Shown: in pieces, positions 1 through 8,000 of the stretch | Layout of the letters: every line of letters begins with the position of its first letter | How positions within the stretch are numbered: the stretch's first letter is position 1 | From: Elusimicrobiota bacterium | GTDB lineage: Bacteria > Elusimicrobiota > Elusimicrobia > F11 | Length of the DNA stretch: 11,441 nucleotides | NCBI GenBank assembly: GCA_046153645.1 | Contig: JBJXGI010000047.1 | Coordinates: 1 to 11,441 of the forward strand | Direction of reading: 5' to 3' | Notes under the pieces: model-generated | Told to the model about the DNA's origin: nothing | What the model saw: the letters and a program-made list of their open reading frames with translations, nothing else | The model's database searches: none | Position numbers and translations under genes: made by a program

Positions 1-243
1 ACCATTTCGCATCTCAGATGCTCAAAGCTAAAGAAAAACTCTTTTCTTCTCTCGGTACAACTTGATTTCTACGACGCACGGCTTGATTCTTATTTGAGGC
101 TCATTCTTGGATTGGAATATGCTGACAATTGTGATTACTTAAGGAATGACAAAGACACACTAATCCTGACTAAACTAGCATGTGCCCTTAATTTGGTCAG
201 AAATATAATTACGCAGCTTGAGCGGCTAACTTGGCGGCGGTAA
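1..243 (+). CDS. Possible 3' end of a convergent gene (frame +1 open from the window edge, 80 codons)
   Basis: Frame +1 reads TISHLRCSKLKKNSFLLSVQLDFYDARLDSYLRLILGLEYADNCDYLRNDKDTLILTKLACALNLVRNIITQLERLTWRR to TAA at 241-243. An alternative is frame +3, ending at TGA 63-65. No recognisable homology. Confidence 0.25.
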   Translation, partial: TISHLRCSKLKKNSFLLSVQLDFYDARLDSYLRLILGLEYADNCDYLRNDKDTLILTKLACALNLVRNIITQLERLTWRR

Positions 244-3200
244 TCACAAAACCAAGGTTGTGAATAGGAAGATCAGGCAGATTATTCAGGAAATCTCGTA
301 AATTAATGTATTTAATGTCATATAAAAAGGGCGGCAACGATCCTGAAGAAGAAACTAAGCTTTGAAGCAATTCTTCCGAGAAAACAAAAAGGCCGTTATT
401 TCTTCTTTCATGAATGACCGTTTCTACTACTTGGGAATTAAGTCCCGCTTCATTCAAAAGGTTATCTCGAGTGATTAATTGCACGCGTTCGTAAATTGAT
501 TCCTGTTTAAGCATTTCTTCAAACTTTTCTTTTTCTTCTGGAGATGAGTCTATAATGAAATCAATTCGAATATTTAAATGTTTTCTTAAATAGGCTTCCC
601 AGAGAGGGATATCACTTGATTTGACCACCACCTGAATGGTATGAAGCTCATCACTTGACTGGGATTGAGAATAACCACTTGATATTTTTTCAGCCAATCG
701 TACAGCTTGAGCCGGCGTTTTCCCGGAATATTTTTCATCCCACACTCTATTTAGTTCTTCACTGGTCAATTTCCAATCGGCGGGAGTCAACTCAACGCGT
801 TCAGATTGATTGGTGTCTAATTTTTGACCTATGTTTTTTAAAACAACTTCCCCCAATATTTTTTTAATCGCTCCTACTTCTCGATCAACCAACCCCAAAT
901 CTTTCCCCGCCTGGTAAATATCGCTTTTTTCTCTTAAATTTTTGGACACCAGAGGTAACACGACGGTATCGGCTAATAGTTGAGTGGTACTTAAAACAAA
1001 CAAAACAAAGGCAACAGCTTGGACGGATGTGAAATTATGTGAGAAAAGAACGGAGAAAGAAGGAAGAAAAGAATACGTTGCAATGGATAAAGCCAACAAA
1101 CTAAGCGGGCCGGCCAAACGGATCGCGGCACGAATGAAAGTTGGTGCTTTATTAAAGTCAATGTGAAGAGAACTCCACAAGCTACTTTTCGGCCAATTTA
1201 TTTTTACTCCAAAAAAAGATCCCAATACAAATACCGCTATCATGTGCGCTACCTCTTCAACAGGTGTCACAGTAAAATACCGTAGCGCTCGAACCAATCT
1301 TGATTGAGACTGACTGATGGCGTGGGCAGAGATGGAATAACTAAAATTATTTTGAGGCCCCTCAGGAGGGGACCCACGAGAATTTCTTATTTTCCTCACT
1401 ATCAAAACAAGTGCGAAAATACCCAAACTGAGCGATATCAGGAGAATCCAACGAGATTTTTTGACCTCAGGCTTTTTTTCAATTTCAACATTTTCTTGTT
1501 CAATATGATCTGATATTTCCGTACCAGAAACAGAGTAGAATGTAGACTGAAATGGGATCGCAGTTGGAGACAGTTGATTTTTAAATTGCCCACCCGATAA
1601 ACTCACGTACTGGAAACCAAACAATTGGATGGCTCCTGATTGAAGTTGAACAACAATAGATCTTTCATCAACTGAATCTTGAACAAATACTTTACCCTTC
1701 GAAAAATTATATTTTGGCAAGTTATTTGCGTCTTCTTTAAAAACATGCTCAAAGTGACCGCCGTTTAAAAACCATTTTCCGTTTGCATCTCGAATGAAAA
1801 ACAAAAATAAGGTTGATCTTTTTTCAATCGACGAATATGCCAAAGTAATATGGTTTATATCACTAGACTTTCCGGAATCTGGAATAAGTATGAACTTTTG
1901 TTCATTTAAAAGAATTTTTTTGGCATCATTTTCTGAAAATTCAATTTTATGAACGCCGCCCAATACGCTATCGAACTTATACTGTGTTTCTTTGTTGGGA
2001 CCTTCTTCCTTCGGTTTTAAGTTTTTATTTCCTTGAACCTCGCCAGGAGTTGGTTGATCTTTTGGCGCCTGAGCGGGGATGGGGTTACCGCTCATCATAC
2101 CGACAATTAACCCCACGGCAAAAGCGGGCAATAAAAAACTCGTCAATTTAACCGGAAAAAGCTCAAGTGGGTCAGAAGGTTTAAGACGATAAATTCTTAA
2201 GTTTGGGTTCTTTTTAATATCTCCTTCTTTATAATCTAAATCGTAATGGCCGTTTTTAATATCTAAATATTCAAGTGCTTTTTGTATATCAGAAGCGTCG
2301 TTTTTCCCATCAAATTCAACGCGAATAATTTTCGCACCCAATGAAATGTACAACTCTTTTAATTGATAATATTTTTTTTGATCAAGAAAATATTTTTTTA
2401 GTTTATCTTTCGTGAGATTTCTTTGAGAAAGAGACTTAATAAATTGATAAACCAAAGCCATTACTAAAACGATTAGGGAAATTAACCCAAGAACTAAAAA
2501 CACTTGAGATGCAGACAGAGAAATATTTTTAATAAGAGGAGTGGTTACAATCAACCAAGTCGCGATAAAAAAAGAAAGCGCACCCACCAAAACAACAAAA
2601 ACCTCATTTGTTTTTCGAAAAGGAACAGATACCAACTTAACATTGATCACACCAATTTTTTTACGAACCACGGCTGTTTCAAATATTTCAATTCTCCAAT
2701 TTGAATTACTGTTGAACTGAGGAGCTTTTCTCTTTAATTCGCCAAAAAATCCTTCAAAATCTCTAAGAACTTCGTCATAAGTGAACAATCGATTATTTAT
2801 AGTCAAATAAAGGGCAGTGCCGTCTTCTGAGATTTGATCGAAAATTTTCTGAACCACTTCACCAAACCACAAATTATTTTTTGGTCGATTGTATCGGTTT
2901 GCCAGCCAATAACCGATCATCCCAAACACCAGAGGAATAATAAAAACAATAAAATAAGAAATTAATTTCACTAACAATGGCGAAACATAAAAAGAAGTTG
3001 ATTCATGATAACCAAAAGCCCCTGAAGCTATAGAGGGAGTGAGCGCGACTATAATAAAGGAAATAACCGCCAGCGCCCATTCTTTTAACGTGGGCATGAA
3101 GCGAATTTTTCTTAAAGCATCGACATGAGTAATTTTCTCATGATCAACTGTGGTTGTAACAGTTGTTCCATCTGGCTCGGTGAGAATGGCACTTTGGCCG

Positions 3201-4942
3201 TTAACTTCAATTTCTGTCCCAGGAGGTATCACCGGAAGTTGTGCCATTGATTGAGCGGCATCCCCTCCCCTCACCGTTGTTTCTCCGGCAACAATTTTGG
3301 CTACCGCGTCTGGCTCAGGCATAACGCGCGGCGTTATAAATAATTTTTCTCCTTCAAATAATTTATCGAGTGGTGTTTTTTCTTGAGTGAAAACGGAAAG
3401 GTAACCGCTTCCTGATTCGTCATCTACTTTTGTGATTTTGGGTGTAAATAAAATAGTCGAAGCCCCGGCTTCCTTTAAAATCTGGCTCATACCTTCAGAA
3501 TGAAACCCTCCAGCCACAAGAACAGCAACATTGGCTTTTGATTTATCCATGGCAGACAATAAATTTTCCGCCATCGCTTGGTCTCGTTTTAAGGCTTCTT
3601 GATAAAAAGATTCAAAAGAACGAAGGAAAGCCTCGGATTTAATAGTTGCCTTTTGATATTCGTCCCACTCCTGCGAAGACAAAGAAAAGTTCACTAATTT
3701 ATTCATCAAATAAAGTTGTTTACTTTTTTGTATGAGCTTTTTCTCTTCTTTGGTTTGAAGCAATTGACTGTAGATATTTTCTTCTAAAGCGGAAACTTCA
3801 CCCAACATTTTTTCGACATTGATTTGATCACTCATCAATACATATTGAATATAAGATGCCATTGCTTTATAAGAAGAAAAATTAACCGAATGTTTCTGAC
3901 AAAGCGATTTTAATGATTCGTAAAAGTCGCCTTGCCTTATATTTCCCAATCTAAAAGCCAAACTTTCATTCACCAAGCCCTGCATTTCTTTTTTTGAAAG
4001 TTTTTCAACCAACCGAGATAACAATTGTGCGCGTTCAGTTTCAACTTGTGGTAGATGTAGCGACTTCTCCAGATGAAGTGCCGCCAAAAATATTTCAATG
4101 TCATGAGAATAGTGTGATTTAGATTGTTTCGATAAAAATTCTACGTAAGGCCCCCATGACAACTGGTTATCTCTGTAACTTTGAATGGTTCGATCAAAAT
4201 TTAAAAGGGCCGGACTAAAAACCGTCTTTTTCTCAAGCTCGACATCTTTTTTCATGTCACTTAATTTTTCTTTGGCCTGTTCTATCAAAGGTACTGATTC
4301 CTGATAGGCAGCAATATTGGCTTTATAATAAGAAGAATGATCCACACCCTCATAAACCGGAAGCTTCGAAGTGGTTGTTAACGCAGTGTAAACCGCTCCA
4401 GAAACTTTTTTCTCTCGCAATAAATAATCAGCTGTTGCTTTGACAGAAGATTGGGGACTGTAGTTTTGAAACATGGAAAAATCCATAGAGCCAAAAGCTC
4501 CCTCAAGAGCAACCAAGTCAACTTTCTTTTGTTTTATTAGTTCTTGAATTGTTTTACTGATATTTTCTTGAGCTTCGGGGTTTAAGTGAACATCTTGAAT
4601 TTGAATAATTGTTTTGGTGCTTAATTTATTGAGAGGTTTTTCAATTTTCCTCACACTCCCATAAGAAAAAGGAAGCGCTTCTAAAATTGAGGAAAAATGT
4701 TCTTTTTCGGTTGGCAGAACATTTTGATAAAGATATTGAGATAAATTTCTTGATGGTTGAATTTGTGGCAATTCTCTTGGAAGAGAAGCCAACAGAATAT
4801 TTGAATGAGAAATTTGAGCTTGATTAGCTATTCGTTTTCGATCTTTCCAAAATGTAGTTTCAGGTGTGTGTGCCCAAAGAATATTTGTCGAAAAATAAAT
4901 AAAAGTTATAAATAAAGAAAATGGTTTTAATTGATTTAACAT
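209..4942 (-). CDS. Giant (1577 aa) secreted/multi-pass membrane protein: signal peptide, EreA/ChaN/TIKI-like N-terminal domain, TM modules, M50-like module, Ala-rich C-terminal tail
   Basis: Uninterrupted 4.7 kb ORF. ATG at 4942-4940 with an in-frame TAG just upstream (4954-4952), so the start is well bounded; TAA at 211-209. Hydrophobic N-terminus and about 10 further hydrophobic segments. Confidence 0.93.
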   Translation of the reverse strand: MLNQLKPFSLFITFIYFSTNILWAHTPETTFWKDRKRIANQAQISHSNILLASLPRELPQIQPSRNLSQYLYQNVLPTEKEHFSSILEALPFSYGSVRKIEKPLNKLSTKTIIQIQDVHLNPEAQENISKTIQELIKQKKVDLVALEGAFGSMDFSMFQNYSPQSSVKATADYLLREKKVSGAVYTALTTTSKLPVYEGVDHSSYYKANIAAYQESVPLIEQAKEKLSDMKKDVELEKKTVFSPALLNFDRTIQSYRDNQLSWGPYVEFLSKQSKSHYSHDIEIFLAALHLEKSLHLPQVETERAQLLSRLVEKLSKKEMQGLVNESLAFRLGNIRQGDFYESLKSLCQKHSVNFSSYKAMASYIQYVLMSDQINVEKMLGEVSALEENIYSQLLQTKEEKKLIQKSKQLYLMNKLVNFSLSSQEWDEYQKATIKSEAFLRSFESFYQEALKRDQAMAENLLSAMDKSKANVAVLVAGGFHSEGMSQILKEAGASTILFTPKITKVDDESGSGYLSVFTQEKTPLDKLFEGEKLFITPRVMPEPDAVAKIVAGETTVRGGDAAQSMAQLPVIPPGTEIEVNGQSAILTEPDGTTVTTTVDHEKITHVDALRKIRFMPTLKEWALAVISFIIVALTPSIASGAFGYHESTSFYVSPLLVKLISYFIVFIIPLVFGMIGYWLANRYNRPKNNLWFGEVVQKIFDQISEDGTALYLTINNRLFTYDEVLRDFEGFFGELKRKAPQFNSNSNWRIEIFETAVVRKKIGVINVKLVSVPFRKTNEVFVVLVGALSFFIATWLIVTTPLIKNISLSASQVFLVLGLISLIVLVMALVYQFIKSLSQRNLTKDKLKKYFLDQKKYYQLKELYISLGAKIIRVEFDGKNDASDIQKALEYLDIKNGHYDLDYKEGDIKKNPNLRIYRLKPSDPLELFPVKLTSFLLPAFAVGLIVGMMSGNPIPAQAPKDQPTPGEVQGNKNLKPKEEGPNKETQYKFDSVLGGVHKIEFSENDAKKILLNEQKFILIPDSGKSSDINHITLAYSSIEKRSTLFLFFIRDANGKWFLNGGHFEHVFKEDANNLPKYNFSKGKVFVQDSVDERSIVVQLQSGAIQLFGFQYVSLSGGQFKNQLSPTAIPFQSTFYSVSGTEISDHIEQENVEIEKKPEVKKSRWILLISLSLGIFALVLIVRKIRNSRGSPPEGPQNNFSYSISAHAISQSQSRLVRALRYFTVTPVEEVAHMIAVFVLGSFFGVKINWPKSSLWSSLHIDFNKAPTFIRAAIRLAGPLSLLALSIATYSFLPSFSVLFSHNFTSVQAVAFVLFVLSTTQLLADTVVLPLVSKNLREKSDIYQAGKDLGLVDREVGAIKKILGEVVLKNIGQKLDTNQSERVELTPADWKLTSEELNRVWDEKYSGKTPAQAVRLAEKISSGYSQSQSSDELHTIQVVVKSSDIPLWEAYLRKHLNIRIDFIIDSSPEEKEKFEEMLKQESIYERVQLITRDNLLNEAGLNSQVVETVIHERRNNGLFVFSEELLQSLVSSSGSLPPFLYDIKYINLRDFLNNLPDLPIHNLGFVITAAKLAAQAA
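905..1290 (-). other. Peptidase M50 (site-2 protease)-like TM module with variant EExxH motif
   Basis: VEEVAH at the start of a TM helix (1244-1261), IRLAGPL (1103-1123), then TM helices, VLP and SD (Asp codon 920-922). Same order as HExxH...AGP...NxxPxxxxDG in the M50 family. Confidence 0.6.
3430..4612 (-). other. EreA/ChaN/TIKI(TraB)-superfamily-like domain with a large helical insertion
   Basis: Motifs in the expected order: IIQIQDVH (H119), DLVALEG (E147), RDQAMAENL (R453/D454), AVLVAGGFH (H481). These match the GExH / hhhE / R[DN]xxM / hhhGxxH pattern of this superfamily. Recognised by eye only. Confidence 0.6.
4871..4942 (-). other. N-terminal Sec-type signal peptide (MLNQLKPFSLFITFIYFSTNILWA|HTPE)
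   Basis: Lys-containing n-region, hydrophobic core, possible L-W-A cleavage site, followed by a long soluble region. Confidence 0.6.
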
Positions 4943-4960
4943 ACTTTCATGCTAGTGAAA

Positions 4961-4982
4961 GCACATTAAAATCGCATTAAAA
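4961..4982. repeat. 11-bp tandem direct repeat in the intergenic region
   Basis: GCACATTAAAA (4961-4971) followed by TCGCATTAAAA (4972-4982); shared core CATTAAAA one helical turn apart. Confidence 0.6.
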
Positions 4983-4993
4983 AGTTGCAACAA
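4965..4993 (-). promoter_or_regulatory. Possible sigma70-type promoter for the 1577-aa gene
   Basis: Minus strand TTGTTG (4993-4988), 17 bp spacer, TTTAAT (4970-4965), 22 nt upstream of the ATG. The AT-rich context makes a chance match plausible. Confidence 0.3.
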
Positions 4994-5016
4994 ACTTGTA
5001 AATTTTTTTGCCCCTT

Positions 5017-8000
5017 CTAAGCATGGGTCGCCGTCAAAAGAGCAATTCTAATTTGATCGAAAGTCATCCCTTGATCTACTTTTATGGCCACTAATCCCTT
5101 CATAAGTTGTGCCAACAAAAGCACTTGGACCACAGTATCACCATACTCTTCATAGAAACGATCACTTATTTCAAATGCCCCTTGAGCCGCAATAGAGAAG
5201 CGCATAAATTGCTGAGCTTTAAGCGCGGCCGCGAAAGAATCAACAATAAACACTCGCTCTTTTCCTTCTTCTTTGAAGAAAGCTTGACCATTAACAGGAC
5301 TTATAAATTTAATTCTATTAATAACTTTATCTCCTGATTTCTGACGAAGTTCCTGTAGTAGTATTTGTTTCAAATCCTCTGAAGCAGGGTTTGGAATAGC
5401 CAACAAACTATCTTCTGATTCTCCAGACATGTGGGACAAAGTTTCAACCATAATATCTATCGCGGGTTTTACATGCGCTTCTTCAGAAACAAATAAATCA
5501 CCAATAGCTAAATTTCCATTTCCAAGGAACGTTTTTAAAGGTTTAAAAAGATGAGACCGCTGAGAAGAACCACTATGACTGCGCGGTTTACTGGAAACGC
5601 CCAATTTCCCAAAGCGAGCCCACAAATCTTTTTTGCTGGCCCATGTTTCATCATCCCCACCAAAGAAGGTAGAAAATAGTATATGTGAAATTTTGGCTTC
5701 TTTATCTGTTCTAAACTCAATTCCTTCCTCAACAACCACTTTTTTACCATCTACAAAAACTTCTACCTTTCCATCTTTTTTGCCCACCGTATTGAGCGTC
5801 ACAATTTGTTCAATTTTATATTTCTGACCGGGCTTAAATGTCCAGCTTCCACGGCCAATAGATTTGCCATAACTCTTCTCTTTGGAATCTGGATCAAACA
5901 CATATAAATACAATTCGCCCTCTCCATTGGCCCGCCAATGAAGCCGCGTTGAAAAACTATTGGGAGCGCGTTGCCCTCCGCTGGCGGTTTTCCCACCAAA
6001 AAGACCTGGCAACTTCCCCCCTTTAACAAAATCAAAACCTTCTTGGAATTCAACCTCATAGGTTAAATACATTTGATCGGCTTCGGGAACTTGCATATAA
6101 AATACAGTCCCACCCATGGGCCCTTTTTTCTTTTCTGCAAAAGAAGGATCAACAGATCCTTTCGGGTATTTAATCTCAAGAACTTTCGAATTTGGATCGC
6201 GCGGATCAGCTATCACTTTCACGTTTTCTTTTCCATCAAATGCGCGTTTAGGATCAACACTGAGTGATTTTTTCCAGTCATCTGTAATTTCGAATGGTTT
6301 GAGTGAATCTTTAAAACCATCTCCCGGGTTTACAGCGGGTTCTGAGCCCTTTTCCTTTGTTTCTTTCACAACAGTTAAAACCTCAGCCGCCTTTCTCCCC
6401 AACTCAGTACCTTTCTTTTTTTCACTCAATTCTTGTAGATCTTTTTTAAGAGTCTCAATAAATTCTTTCGAAATATTTTTATTTACTCCTGAGTCAAAAG
6501 CCAACTTGGTCGTGTCGAGAGCTCTCAGTCGCAAGGTATCAAAGGGCCAATTCTTCCAAGCATTTTGTAATTCTTTTATCAGTTTTTCAGCGGCAGCCTG
6601 GTTAACGACTGATTTATTTTTATTGATCTCTGTCAGTAATTTTTCCATTTTTTCTAACACAGGTTTACGAGCGCCATCAAAAGTAGCTTTTGATAATTCT
6701 TCTGCCACAGCAGTCACTTTTTTATCAGTTTCAGAGGGCATTTTCGCCGCTGCCTTAGGTTGCCCCAAAGGTGTTTTGGGAACTTGAGTAAAACCCAAAG
6801 ATGATATTCCCAAAATAGCAATGACCGCCAAAAGAAGGGTTTTAAATCTCCGTGAAAAACCTGGTGAACGCGTCAACGGATTGGCTCCCAGTTCGCCATT
6901 TGGCCCCCAACGGAAAAATTTGAAATAATTATTAATGAAGTGCGCTGTTATACCAGAAAGCTGCCCTCCTATATAAGAAAACACACTTAAACCAACGAGG
7001 AACAAAACGGAGGGAGAAGTGCTCACCCATAACTGATAACCTATCAACCCAACAAAATAAGTGCTCACAAACCCCAAAACGGTGAAGAAAGTAAAAGCTC
7101 CATGACGCTCGCCAAGATAACGATCTAAATAATCTGATTGAGCTCCTTCTTCCAAAAAGAGGTGTTGATAGGCTGGGTTTGTTAAAAGCGGAATATGCGT
7201 TTTTCTAAATGAGGAGAAAATAAAATAAGATAAAAATATCGACACAAAAATAGAAACAAAGAAATATCCCATATGCAGAGGGTGCCCTAACGGTAATACC
7301 GCTAATAATAATGGCAAAGTGATTAATGCGTAGAACTTTTGTTCTTTGAGCGCATTTTTAATTTCTTTACCTACCAATGAAAATTCCATTTTCTTCAGTG
7401 CCTGAGGGTTCAGGTAAAAACCATTAGGCAACAATTCTTCACCATCTAATTTCATAGCTATGTGACGACCCTCAATAAATTTTATTTTAACAGCGCTAGC
7501 CAGGTAATTAATTTTATGACTTTTATTTAACTGTCCAAAAACAACGTCTAAATAATGTCGAATGGATTCTCTCCGCTTATGTTTTTGGTTGTCCCTAGCA
7601 ATATCTAACATTGAAGCGTAAGTTAACCTTCCATACTGTGATGCCCCATCTGTTACTTGGCCCATCTTTTTTTCTAGCGTCCCTTTTTTCCCAATTGAAA
7701 TATCAACCGGCATGACTTCAATTTTATTTTCAGCGGCATTATCATTAATTCGGACAAGAAAAATATCAGGGTGTTTCACATGTGAATTATTTTTTTTCTC
7801 TTCTGATATTGCGTCATCAAGAAAAACAACCACCACATCAGGAGAACTCAAAAACTCCAACAAATATTGAGTATTTTCACTGGGTTGAGAGCGGTCTCGT
7901 AAATATTTCAACGTTTTGATTGAGTTCTTCCTTAACTTCTTTAGATAATTTTTATTAGTTATCTTCTGCTTAAATTCAAAAGTAAAGGGTTCAAAGAGAT

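Noticed and set aside
61..92. Near-repeat CTTGATTTCTA / CTTGATTCTTA
   Set aside because: Only two short imperfect copies; not a CRISPR or iteron array.
166..200. Rho-independent terminator for the 1577-aa gene
   Set aside because: The stem is AT-rich with a mismatch on the minus strand, has a 17-nt loop and lacks a U-tract. It is noted only as an inverted repeat.
655..2704. Short plus-strand ORFs (655-867, 984-1166, 1304-1513, 2504-2704)
   Set aside because: 60-70 aa, fully antisense to the 1577-aa CDS, with no recognisable motifs.
4936..4950. Mini-ORF MKVC overlapping the start of the 1577-aa gene
   Set aside because: Only four codons and expected by chance; there is no evidence it is a leader peptide.
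5017..5019. Stop-codon readthrough or recoding fusing the two giant ORFs
   Set aside because: The ORFs are in different frames with a 74-bp gap, the upstream one ends in the shared terminal motif, and the downstream one has its own signal peptide.
6116..6787. 223-aa plus-strand ORF
   Set aside because: It lies antisense to the giant CDS. Its Ser/Phe-rich composition is the mirror of Lys/Glu-rich codons on the coding strand, so it is a shadow ORF.
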